From Planctomycetota bacterium (GTDB lineage Bacteria > Planctomycetota > PLA2 > JAEUHO01): a stretch of DNA of 64,000 bases. The stretch is from assembly GCA_050248855.1 (NCBI GenBank), contig JBFWRP010000003.1, positions 64,001-128,000 of the forward strand, written 5' to 3'. The notes under the pieces were generated by a model. It saw only the letters and a list, made by a program, of their open reading frames with translations, searched no databases and was not told where the DNA came from. Positions 7,885 through 16,557 of this stretch are shown here, piece by piece. A program made the position numbers and the translations under genes. The number at the start of each line of letters is the position of its first letter. The first letter of the stretch is position 1.

Positions 7885-9483
7885 ATGGCACGACAGGAAC
7901 GATCCAGCTACCCGTACGCCTTCACGACGGAGGTTACGTTCGAGGAGCAGCTGCGCGGCGCGCTGCGGGAGATGCCGTGGTGGGTGGTCAGCATCGCGCT
8001 GCACGTGCTCGTGGGCGCGCTGCTCCTGGCCTGGGCCACCGACGTGGCCGCGCCCGCCGACCCGCCGCTGCTTTCGGCGTCGCTGCCCGACGATCTCCCG
8101 GATGTCGTGTTGCCCCCCGATCCGGATCCCGTGGAGACGGTCGAGAACGAGCTCACCACGCCCAACCCCCTGCTCTCGATGGAGGACACGCCCGACGTCG
8201 AGACCCAGAACGACGTGGACTTCAGCGAGCCGTTTGGCGCCGAGGAAGGCGCGTCGGAATCGCAGCTGACGGGCCCAAGCTCGAACCCCGTCATTGGCGT
8301 GGGCCCGGGCTCGGGCAGCCCCTTCAAGGGGCGAGGCGGTGACAAGCCTGGTGGCGGGGGCACACGTCGCTTCAAGCCGATGGACAACGCGGTCGAGGAT
8401 GCCCTCAGGTGGCTCGAGGCGCACCAGTCGGGCAGCCACGGGGGCTGGGAGTCCGCGGGCTTCGTGAACTGGTGCGACCTCCAGCCCGCCGCGGACGGGC
8501 AACGCTCCGACGGCGCCGGCAAGACCATGTACGACACGGGCGTCTCGGGCTTGGCGCTCTGTGCGTTCCTGGGTGCGGGCTACACGAATCGTGGTGACCA
8601 CGCGTTCGCGCGCACGGTCTCGCGCGGGCTCAAGTACCTGAAGGACGTCCAGGACCCGGAAGGCTGCTTCGGCCCTCGCTCCACGCAGCAGTACATCTAC
8701 AACCACGCCACGGCCTCGCTGGCGATGGTCGAGGCCTATGGCATGACCGGGAGCCCGATCTTCAAGGCGCCCGCCCAGCGCGCCCTGGACTTCATCGCCT
8801 TGGCCCGCAACCCGTACTTCGCCTGGCGCTACGGCATCAAGCCCGGCGACAACGACACCTCGGTGACGGGCTGGATGATGATGGCGCTCAAGAGCGCCAA
8901 GCTGATCAACACCCATGCGATCGCGCAGGGCCAGGCAGCACCGCTGGGCGTGGACGACGGTGCTTTCGACGGCATCCGGACCTGGCTCGACAAGGTGACC
9001 GATCCCTCGACGGGCCGTGTCGGCTACCTGACCCGCGGCACGGGCCCCGCCCGTCCGCAGGAGCTGATCGACAAGTTCCCGGGCGAGAAGTCCGAGTCGA
9101 TGACCGGTGTGGGCGTGCTGGCGCGAGTCTTCATGGGCGACGACCCGACCAAGGACGAGCACATCAAGCGCGGCGCCGAGCTCTGCTCCAAGCTGCCCCC
9201 GACGTGGAACGAGTCCGACGGCAGCATCGACATGTACTACTGGTACTACGCGACGCTCGCGATGTTCCAGGTCGGCGGCAAGCACTGGGACAAGTGGAAG
9301 GCGGCCATGGAGAAGGCCATGGTCGAGACCCAGCGCCAGGACACCACGTACTGCCAGCTCAAGGGCTCCTGGGACCCCATCGGTCCGTGGGGGCCCGACG
9401 GTGGCCGCGTGTACAGCACCGCGATCATGGCCATGTGCCTGCAGGCCTACTACCGCTACGACCGCGTGGCCGGCAGCCGCTGA
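7885..9483 (+). CDS. Prenyltransferase/squalene-cyclase-like repeat protein, type A, copy 4
   Basis: GGAGGAGG RBS before ATG 7885 (MARQERSS); TM WWVVSIALHVLVGALLLA, acidic linker, conserved barrel. Confidence 0.85.
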   Translation: MARQERSSYPYAFTTEVTFEEQLRGALREMPWWVVSIALHVLVGALLLAWATDVAAPADPPLLSASLPDDLPDVVLPPDPDPVETVENELTTPNPLLSMEDTPDVETQNDVDFSEPFGAEEGASESQLTGPSSNPVIGVGPGSGSPFKGRGGDKPGGGGTRRFKPMDNAVEDALRWLEAHQSGSHGGWESAGFVNWCDLQPAADGQRSDGAGKTMYDTGVSGLALCAFLGAGYTNRGDHAFARTVSRGLKYLKDVQDPEGCFGPRSTQQYIYNHATASLAMVEAYGMTGSPIFKAPAQRALDFIALARNPYFAWRYGIKPGDNDTSVTGWMMMALKSAKLINTHAIAQGQAAPLGVDDGAFDGIRTWLDKVTDPSTGRVGYLTRGTGPARPQELIDKFPGEKSESMTGVGVLARVFMGDDPTKDEHIKRGAELCSKLPPTWNESDGSIDMYYWYYATLAMFQVGGKHWDKWKAAMEKAMVETQRQDTTYCQLKGSWDPIGPWGPDGGRVYSTAIMAMCLQAYYRYDRVAGSR

Positions 9484-9505
9484 ACCCAGGCTCCGCGGCT
9501 GCGTT
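9481..9505 (+). promoter_or_regulatory. Putative ECF sigma promoter TGAAC-N16-CGTT (copy 5)
   Basis: TGAAC 9481-9485 (uses the upstream stop codon), CGTT 9502-9505, ATG 9 nt later. Confidence 0.55.
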
Positions 9506-9514
9506 TCGTCGGTC

Positions 9515-10894
9515 ATGGACGATCGATCCGGGAAGAACAGGTGGGCCGCCGGTGCGGCCTGGTCCGCGGGGTTCATGGTGCTCGTCTTGACGGCGCGGAC
9601 GGCGCCCGCGGACCCGCCTGCGCCCGCGGATCCGCCCGCCGTCGAGCCGGCACCGGAGCACGGCGACGGTCCCTTCGATGGCCGGGGCGGCGATGCCGGG
9701 CATTGGCCCCCGGAGTGGCCCCGGTCGCCCTTCCCCTCACGGTCCGGCATCGGCCGCGACACCGTGCGCCACCGGATGGCCGGTTACGACCCGCGTACGG
9801 ATGCCGCCGTCGCGGAGGCCCTGCGATGGCTCGCCGCCCACCAGTCGCCCAACGGCGGGTGGGAGGCCGCGGGCTTCCACCATTGGTGCAACGGGAAGCC
9901 CGCCGGTGGCCAGAAGCCCGACGGCCAGGGCAAGGCTCTGTACGACGTCGGCGTCACGGGTCTTGCGCTCACGGCGTACCTGGGTGCGGGCTACACGAAT
10001 CGCGGCGATCACGAGTTCGCGCGCTCGATCGCGCGCGGCATCAAGTACCTGAAGGACATCCAGGATCCGGAGGGCTGCTTCAGCCCGCGGTCGCACCAGC
10101 AGTACATCTACAACCACGCGCTGGCCACGCTCGCGATGGTTGAAGCCTACGGGATGACGGGCAGCTCCATCTTCAAGGGGCCCGCACAGCGGGGACTGGA
10201 CTTTGCGGCCTTGGCCCGCAACCCGTACTTCGCGTGGCGCTACGGCATCAAGCCCGGGGACAACGACACCTCGGTCACGGGCTGGATGACCAACGTGATC
10301 ACGTCGGCCCACGCCATCAACGCCGCCGCCATCGCCAGCGGACGGCAGGCGCCTCTGCATGTGGATCCCGGAGCTCTCGACGGCGTTCGCAACTGGGTCC
10401 AGAAGATGACCGACCCCGAGACCGGCCGCGTCGGCTACATCCAGCGAGGCATGGGCCCGGCGCGTCCAGCCGGCTTGGTGGACCGCTTCCCGCCCGATCG
10501 CTCGGAGTCGATGACCGCGGCGGGCATCCTCATGCGCGTCTACACGCGCGAGAACCCCGCCACGAGCGAGGTGATCCAGCGCGGTGTCAAGCGCTGCCTC
10601 GCACGGCTGCCCGTCTGGAACGTGATCGACGGCTCGATCGACATGGCGTACTGGCACTTCGGCACGCAGGCCCTGCACCAAGTCGGTGGCGAGGCGTGGG
10701 CCACCTGGAAAGCAGCGCTCGAGACGGCGCTCGTCGATACCCAGCGCCGGGACACGGACGCTTGCCTCTTCAAGGGCTCGTGGGATCCGGTGGGCCCCTG
10801 GGGGCCCGACGGTGGGCGCGTCTACAGCACGGCGCTCATGGCGCTCTGCTTGGAGGCGCCGTATCGCTACGAGCGCGTGTATCCCGACGACTAG
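9515..10894 (+). CDS. Prenyltransferase-like repeat protein, type B, copy 5 (probably exported)
   Basis: MDDRSGKNRW start, signal-like hydrophobic segment, Pro-rich linker, barrel with intact WRYGIKPGDNDTSVTGW. Confidence 0.8.
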   Translation: MDDRSGKNRWAAGAAWSAGFMVLVLTARTAPADPPAPADPPAVEPAPEHGDGPFDGRGGDAGHWPPEWPRSPFPSRSGIGRDTVRHRMAGYDPRTDAAVAEALRWLAAHQSPNGGWEAAGFHHWCNGKPAGGQKPDGQGKALYDVGVTGLALTAYLGAGYTNRGDHEFARSIARGIKYLKDIQDPEGCFSPRSHQQYIYNHALATLAMVEAYGMTGSSIFKGPAQRGLDFAALARNPYFAWRYGIKPGDNDTSVTGWMTNVITSAHAINAAAIASGRQAPLHVDPGALDGVRNWVQKMTDPETGRVGYIQRGMGPARPAGLVDRFPPDRSESMTAAGILMRVYTRENPATSEVIQRGVKRCLARLPVWNVIDGSIDMAYWHFGTQALHQVGGEAWATWKAALETALVDTQRRDTDACLFKGSWDPVGPWGPDGGRVYSTALMALCLEAPYRYERVYPDD

Positions 10895-10904
10895 CGGTCG
10901 GACG

Positions 10905-11041
10905 TACGGTGCCAGAGCAATTCCTATCACCCAGTGCGAGCAGTGGCCTTGGTCGCGGGCTACCGCCGACACTGGGTGATAGGAATTGCTCTGGCACCGT
11001 AGTCCCCTGGGTGATAGGAATTGCTCTGGCACCGTAGTCCC
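10905..11041. mobile_element. 97-bp inverted-repeat element copy 2 (10905-11001) plus a duplicated right arm
   Basis: Arms 10905-10936 and 10970-11001 are perfect reverse complements. The 35-bp unit CTGGGTGATAGGAATTGCTCTGGCACCGTAGTCCC is tandemly duplicated (10972-11006, 11007-11041). Confidence 0.75.
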
Positions 11042-11070
11042 CCGGGCGGCGGGGCGGGTACCGTGCCCCG

Positions 11071-12261
11071 ATGAGCATCAGCCGAGCCGTGGCGGACGCG
11101 CAGGCGGGCGCGTCCTGGATCCGTCGCATGTTCGAGGAAGGCGTGCGCCTCAAGGCGCGCCTCGGCGCGGAGAACGTGGCCGACCTCTCGCTCGGCAACC
11201 CGGTGGTGGAGCCCCCGGCGGCGGTCGTCGAGCGACTCGTGGAGCTGGCCGCGGCACCGGATGCCGGGACGCACCGCTACATGCCCAACGCGGGCTACCC
11301 CTCCACGCGCGCCGCGGTGGCTGCGCACCTCGCACGGCACACGGGCGTCGGCTACCGCGGCGACGACGTCGTCATGACGGTGGGCGCGGGCGGGGGCCTG
11401 AATGTGGTGTTCAAGGGCCTCCTCGACCCCGGCGACGAAGTGATCGTCCTTGCGCCGTACTTCGTGGAGTACCGCTTCTACATCACCAACCACGGCGGGC
11501 GCATGGTGCTCGTCCAGACGGACAGCGGCTTCCGTCCCGACGTGGCCGCCATCGATGCGGCCATCACGGAGAAGACCCGCGCCGTCTTGGTGAACGCGCC
11601 GAACAACCCGACAGGCGTGGTGTACCCGGCGGAAGACTTCGACGCCCTGGCCGCGGTCCTGACGCGCCGCAGCGCGGAGCAGGGTCGGCCGATCTACCTC
11701 ATCTCCGACGAGCCGTATCGGGCCATCGCGTACGACGGCATCGACGTGCCGTGGCCCGTGCGCCACTACGCAGACACGATCCACGTCACGTCGTTCTCCA
11801 AGGACCTGGCGCTACCCGGCGAGCGGATCGGCTACGTGGCCGTGAACCCGGAGCGCCCCGACGCGGCGCAGCTCGCTGGGGCGTTCACGTTCACGAACCG
11901 CATCCTGGGCTTCGTCAATGCGCCGGCGTTGCAGCAGCGGCTCGTCGAAGGGCTCCTCGACGTGAGGGTCGACCTCGCGGGCTATGCCGCCAAGCGGCTA
12001 CGCTTGCTCGAGGCGCTCCAGCGGCACGGCTACGAGTGCGTGCGGCCCGGCGGCGCCTTCTACCTGTTCCCGCGCGTGCCGCGTGACGGCATGGACGACG
12101 TCGACTTCGTGAAGGCCTGCCTCGAAGAGCGTCTGCTGGTGGTCCCGGGCTCGGGCTTTGGCCGGCCAGGCCACGTGCGGCTCTCCTACGCCGTCACCGA
12201 CCGCGACGTGGACCTCGCTTGCGAGGCGCTGGGCCGGGTTGCCGAACGGGTGCGCGGGTAA
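11071..12261 (+). CDS. PLP-dependent class I aminotransferase (aspartate aminotransferase family)
   Basis: DLSLGNP, NAPNNPTG, ISDEPY, SFSKDLALPGERIGY (PLP lysine), VRLSY. Confidence 0.92.
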   Translation: MSISRAVADAQAGASWIRRMFEEGVRLKARLGAENVADLSLGNPVVEPPAAVVERLVELAAAPDAGTHRYMPNAGYPSTRAAVAAHLARHTGVGYRGDDVVMTVGAGGGLNVVFKGLLDPGDEVIVLAPYFVEYRFYITNHGGRMVLVQTDSGFRPDVAAIDAAITEKTRAVLVNAPNNPTGVVYPAEDFDALAAVLTRRSAEQGRPIYLISDEPYRAIAYDGIDVPWPVRHYADTIHVTSFSKDLALPGERIGYVAVNPERPDAAQLAGAFTFTNRILGFVNAPALQQRLVEGLLDVRVDLAGYAAKRLRLLEALQRHGYECVRPGGAFYLFPRVPRDGMDDVDFVKACLEERLLVVPGSGFGRPGHVRLSYAVTDRDVDLACEALGRVAERVRG

Positions 12262-12292
12262 CCCCGACTCCGTACGGGGCGCCAGAACAGGT

Positions 12293-12556
12293 CTACTTGA
12301 GGGCGTTGACGCGGCGGGCGAGCTTGGCCTTGGTGTTGCCCGCCGTGTTGGGGTGCAGGACGCGCTTCTTCGCGGCCTTGTCGATGGCCTGGTAGGCGCC
12401 GGCCAGCTCGGCCTGCGCCGCGGCCTTGTCGCCCGCGGCGATGGCGGCTTCCAGGCGCTTGACGCTGCCACGCACGGCGCCGCGCCGGGCCTTGTTGCGC
12501 AGCGTGCGGTCATCGGTCTGGCGAACGCGCTTCTTGGCGGAGGCGGAGTTCGGCAC
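12293..12556 (-). CDS. rpsT: 30S ribosomal protein S20
   Basis: MPNSASAKKRVRQ...IDKAAKKRVLHPNTAGNTKAKL; GTG start. Confidence 0.95.
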   Translation of the reverse strand: MPNSASAKKRVRQTDDRTLRNKARRGAVRGSVKRLEAAIAAGDKAAAQAELAGAYQAIDKAAKKRVLHPNTAGNTKAKLARRVNALK

Positions 12557-12694
12557 GGCTTGGCGCTCCCGGATGGCTTTCTGGCGTCTCGGCCCCGGCA
12601 CCCCGCCGGGAAGCCGACGAGGTTGGCATGGCGCCGCACGGGGTCCACGAAATGCCCGAGGGGTGGGGGGGCCGCGCGGGGCCGCCCGGCGGGC

Positions 12695-14041
12695 TCAGGC
12701 CGTGCTGGAGAGGTCGGACAGCCGCTGGAGCACGTCCCGGTACGAGGCGTCCTCCTCCACGATCCGCTCGAAGATGTCCCGCGCCTCGGCGCCCCGGTCC
12801 ATGCGGACCAGCAGGTCGGCGAGAGCGTAGTGGATGTCCTTGGCGGCCGGGGTGTTGAGGCCGGGGAAGGACTGGGCGGCCTCCTCCAGCTTCTTGGCGG
12901 CCAGGTTCAGGATGCCCTTGGCCTCGAAGCAGGTGGCTTGGTTGCGGAGGCTGCGGACCTTCAGGTTGGGGTCGCGGACCGTCTGCTGGAACTCGGCGAG
13001 GGCCTCGTCCACCCGCTCGGCCTGCAGCAGCCACTGCCCCAGGCGGAAGTGCTCGTTGAGGTCGAGCGGGTGCTCCTTCACGCGCCGGCCGTACTCCTCC
13101 AGGCTGGCCTCGATCAGCGGCTTCATGGCCTCCGTGGCCGCTGCCTGGAGGGCCGCGTCGCCGGGCGCTTGGCGGGCCGCATCGCGCGCCCGGGCCGCCG
13201 CCTCCTTCAGCGGCTGCAGCCGGAGGTCGCCGATCCGCACCGAGAGGTCGAAGTTGCCGCGGTCCAGCGCCAGCGCCTTCTCGAAGGAAGCGAGCGCTTC
13301 CTCGTGCCGACCCTGCTGCAGCAGCAGGTCGCCGGCCCGGAGCAGCAGCTTCATGTCGGTGGGGCTCTCCGCCAGGCGCCCCTGGACCTGCTCGAGCTCG
13401 GAGGCCGCGTGCTCGGGCGTCATCTGCAGGCGCTGTTCCGTCTCCAGCTGGCGCGCGACGTCCTTGTCCTTGATGAGCTCGCGACTGGACTGCGCCGTCT
13501 CGTAGCCGGCCACCTTCAGCGCACCCTCGGCAGCGAGGTTCTTGCGCAGCTTGACCGCCTCCTGGTCACGCGGAGCGATCTCGATCGCGCGCGAGAGGGC
13601 CTCGAGCGCTTCCGGGAGCCGCCCGCGGCGACCCAGGGCCTCGCCGAGACGCTTGAAGGGCTCGGGGTCCTTCTCTTCGCCCTCGGTCGCCTGCTGGAAC
13701 GCGACGACGGCGCTCCCGAAGGCGTTGGCGTCCAGGCAGGCCTGGCCCAGCGTCATCTGGGCGCCCTTGTCCTCGGGGTTCTTGGCCAGCGCGCGCAGGC
13801 ACGATGCCATGCGCTTGCGCGGGTCCTTGCTGGTGCCCGCCGACATCTTGGAGAGCATGCCGCCGAAGAGGCTCTTCCCCCGGGTCTCGCGCAGCTTGCG
13901 CGCGGCCTGGAAGAAGATCGACATGGCCTCCTCGTCGTCCGGCTGGAGACCCAGGTACTCCTGCGCCATCTCCGCGGAGAGCTCGTACTGCTTGCGCTTC
14001 AAGGCCTCGCGGGCCTTCACCTTGATGTCGCCGACGGCCAT
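12695..14041 (-). CDS. Tetratricopeptide repeat protein
   Basis: Repeated TPR-like helices (LGEALGRRGRLPEALEALSRAIEIAP; EEALASFEKALALD); C-terminal 'YRDVLQRL'; GGAG RBS. Confidence 0.85.
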   Translation of the reverse strand: MAVGDIKVKAREALKRKQYELSAEMAQEYLGLQPDDEEAMSIFFQAARKLRETRGKSLFGGMLSKMSAGTSKDPRKRMASCLRALAKNPEDKGAQMTLGQACLDANAFGSAVVAFQQATEGEEKDPEPFKRLGEALGRRGRLPEALEALSRAIEIAPRDQEAVKLRKNLAAEGALKVAGYETAQSSRELIKDKDVARQLETEQRLQMTPEHAASELEQVQGRLAESPTDMKLLLRAGDLLLQQGRHEEALASFEKALALDRGNFDLSVRIGDLRLQPLKEAAARARDAARQAPGDAALQAAATEAMKPLIEASLEEYGRRVKEHPLDLNEHFRLGQWLLQAERVDEALAEFQQTVRDPNLKVRSLRNQATCFEAKGILNLAAKKLEEAAQSFPGLNTPAAKDIHYALADLLVRMDRGAEARDIFERIVEEDASYRDVLQRLSDLSSTA

Positions 14042-14179
14042 GGGGTCTCCGGAAGGGGGCGGGGCCCAAGGGTAGCCACAATCGGGCCGGAAGAGGCGCC
14101 CCGGCCGCAGGCTTGGTCCCCCGCCATCGCGGCGCGGCGCGGGGGGGCCCCCTGCTCGCCCAGCGGTACACTCCGGCCG

Positions 14180-14704
14180 ATGCCGCTCGACATCGTGTAC
14201 TGGCCTGATCCCGTCCTGACGCGCCCTGCAAGCCCGGTCGGCGTCGTGGACGACGAGCTGCGATCGGTGGTGGCGGCGATGCGCCGCGTGATGTTCCGCT
14301 TGAAGGGCGTCGGCTTGGCCGCGCCGCAGGTCGGCGTCGGACGGCGGGTGATGCTGGTCTGTCCCTCGGGCGCGCCGGGCGACGAGGAGGTCGTGGTCGA
14401 TCCCGAAATCCTCGAGCGCCACGGCGAGGCCGATGGCGACGAGGGCTGCCTCTCGCTCCCCGGGCTCTACGGCCCGGTCGTGCGGGCCGAACGCATCCGC
14501 GTCCGCTACCGCGATCTGGACGGGCGGGTGCACGAGCGTGAGCTCATGGACTTCCCGGCCCGCGTCTTCCAGCACGAGTACGACCACCTGGACGGGGTGA
14601 TGTTCCCCGACCGCATGACGCCCGAGGCCCGCGCCGAGGTCGAAGATCAGCTGCAGGCGTTCCGCGTCGCCTACGCCGCGAAGGACGGCTCCGGCCGCGT
14701 CTGA
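14180..14704 (+). CDS. def: Peptide deformylase
   Basis: GVGLAAPQVG, EGCLSLPG and QHEYDHLDG motifs. Confidence 0.96.
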   Translation: MPLDIVYWPDPVLTRPASPVGVVDDELRSVVAAMRRVMFRLKGVGLAAPQVGVGRRVMLVCPSGAPGDEEVVVDPEILERHGEADGDEGCLSLPGLYGPVVRAERIRVRYRDLDGRVHERELMDFPARVFQHEYDHLDGVMFPDRMTPEARAEVEDQLQAFRVAYAAKDGSGRV

Positions 14705-14708
14705 GGCG

Positions 14709-15635
14709 GTGCGTACGCTCCACGGTCTCGAGGGTCTCGAGGCGGCCGCGTTCCGCCGCCCCGTCGTCACCGTGGGCACGTTCGACGGTCTGCACCGAGG
14801 CCATGTCGCCCTGCTCGAGCACCTGGGTCGCCTGGCCGCCCGCATGGGTGGGGAGCGGCTGGTGGTGACGTTTGCCATGCATCCGATGGTCGTGATCCGC
14901 GGAGCGCCTCCGCGTCCGCTCGTGGCGCTGCCGCGACGCTTGGAGGGCCTTGCACGGCTCGGCGTGGACACCGCCCTCGTGTTGCCCTTCGACGCGCGCC
15001 TTCGCGCGCTGACCTGGCAGGCGTTCTTCGACGACATCCTCGTGCATGAGCTCGGGCTCTCGGCGTTGCTGTTTGGCTACAACGGGAACTTCGGCCACGG
15101 GGGGCTCGGCACCTTCACGACCGTGCGTCCCCACGCCGAGCGGCTCGGCGTCGTCGTCGAGGAGGCAGAGGCCGTGCTGCTGGACGGTCGGCCCGTGAGC
15201 AGCACGCGCATCCGCGACGCCATCCAGGCCGGTGACCTGGCGACGGCCGAGCGCCTGCTGGGCCACCCGCCGGCCGTGGCGGGTCCCGTCGTGCGCGGCG
15301 ACGGCCGCGGTCGCCAGCTGGGCTTCCCCACGGCGAACGTGGACACGGGCAACGTCGTGCTGCCGCCGGCTGGGGTCTACGAGGTGCGGGCGCGCGTCGC
15401 CGACGGCACGTGGCGCCGGGCCGTGGCCAACCTGGGGCGGCGACCGACGGTGGAGACGGCGGCCGAGGGCACACCGCTCCAGCTCGAGGTGCACCTACCG
15501 GGTTTCGACGGTGAGCTCTACGGCCACGTCCTGGAGGTCGCCTTCGTGCGGTACTTGCGCGACGAGCAGCGCTTCGCGGACCTCGATGCCCTGGTGGCGC
15601 AGATCCGCAAGGATGTCGCGCGCGTCGTCTCCTGA
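14709..15635 (+). CDS. ribF: Bifunctional riboflavin kinase/FAD synthetase
   Basis: GTFDGLHRGH, SSTRIR, GRQLGFPTAN, LRDEQRF. Confidence 0.95.
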   Translation: MRTLHGLEGLEAAAFRRPVVTVGTFDGLHRGHVALLEHLGRLAARMGGERLVVTFAMHPMVVIRGAPPRPLVALPRRLEGLARLGVDTALVLPFDARLRALTWQAFFDDILVHELGLSALLFGYNGNFGHGGLGTFTTVRPHAERLGVVVEEAEAVLLDGRPVSSTRIRDAIQAGDLATAERLLGHPPAVAGPVVRGDGRGRQLGFPTANVDTGNVVLPPAGVYEVRARVADGTWRRAVANLGRRPTVETAAEGTPLQLEVHLPGFDGELYGHVLEVAFVRYLRDEQRFADLDALVAQIRKDVARVVS

Positions 15636-15642
15636 CCGTCGG

Positions 15643-16194
15643 TCAGGCGTGGCGGACGAGGCTGTAGCGCTCCTCGATGTAGTGGCGGCCGGCGGGCGTC
15701 AGCGTGTAGGCCGCGTACTGCTCGGCCGGCTCGAGGAAGCCCTTGTTCTTCAGGCCGTACACGACGACGGGCACGTTGGGCTGCTTCATCTCCAGCGCGT
15801 CGAACCCGTTGCGGATGTCGTTGGTGGTCGCCGTGGCGGCGCCGAGCACGTGGGTCACGTGGTAGACGAACAGCAGGACGTGGTCCTGGACCAGTCCGCG
15901 CTTGCCCTCCGGGTGGACGAGACGCTCTTGGTACCAGGTCGCCAGGGGCAGCGGACCCGTCGGAGAGGGGCCCTCGGGAGCGTCCGCCGTGTTCACCAGC
16001 CCCAGGGCTCCCAGGTCGTCGGCCAGGAGCGGGCCGAAGCCGTTGTTCCGCGCCATGCGATCGATGCGCGCGAGCCACCGCCCGATCGCTCGCTCGACCA
16101 GCTCTTCCGGGCCCTCCACATGGAACGCGTCGTCGCCGACACGGATGGAGATACGGGCGGAGCCCGACGGCGTCGGCACATCGTCGTTGGTCAT
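15643..16194 (-). CDS. Hypothetical protein, possible C-terminal winged helix
   Basis: Fills the gap in a plausible frame; the C-terminus 'VYGLKNKGFLE...YTLTPAGRHYIE' resembles a wHTH wing. Confidence 0.6.
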   Translation of the reverse strand: MTNDDVPTPSGSARISIRVGDDAFHVEGPEELVERAIGRWLARIDRMARNNGFGPLLADDLGALGLVNTADAPEGPSPTGPLPLATWYQERLVHPEGKRGLVQDHVLLFVYHVTHVLGAATATTNDIRNGFDALEMKQPNVPVVVYGLKNKGFLEPAEQYAAYTLTPAGRHYIEERYSLVRHA

Positions 16195-16453
16195 CAATCG
16201 ATCCTCAGGATGGGGCGAGGCGGATGGGTTCGTCGGATCAGGCGAGCTGGCCCGAAGAGGAACCAGGGACCCGTGCGGTCGTCGCGGCCTCCGGCGGCCG
16301 GCGTGGCCTCATGTCCGTAGGGCCACCTCTCGGGCGGATCCTAGCCCCGATCGCCCTGCGCAGTCCAATCGGACCGCCCCCGAGGGCCGCTGGGGCCGGC
16401 CACGAAAAAGACTTGTCGGTCGCGCCCCTCTCCCGAGGATGGCGAGCCGGTCT

Positions 16454-16529
16454 GGCTAGGTAGCTCAGTTGGTAGAGCGCCTGACTGAAAATCAGGAGGT
16501 GGCCGGTTCAATCCCGGCCCTAGCCACCA
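16454..16529 (+). tRNA. tRNA-Phe(GAA)
   Basis: Acceptor stem GGCTAGG/CCTAGCC, D-arm AGCTCAGTTGGTAGAGC, anticodon arm CCTGA-CTGAAAA-TCAGG, T-loop GGTTCAATCC, encoded CCA; 76 nt. Confidence 0.97.
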
Positions 16530-16557
16530 TTTCCCACAGCCGCGCGCGAGGCACCCG

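Noticed and set aside
2675..10894. Diversity-generating retroelement (near-identical segments among paralogs)
   Set aside because: No reverse transcriptase. Differences between copies, including the variable patch at 7041-7100, involve all four bases rather than adenines only
2675..10894. Squalene-hopene cyclase / hopanoid cluster
   Set aside because: Single ~350-aa barrel with a membrane anchor or signal, no DxDD motif, and no hpn genes nearby
6161..11041. CRISPR array (32-bp repeats with 33-bp spacers)
   Set aside because: The repeats are inverted pairs rather than a direct-repeat array, each locus has one spacer, and no cas genes are in the window
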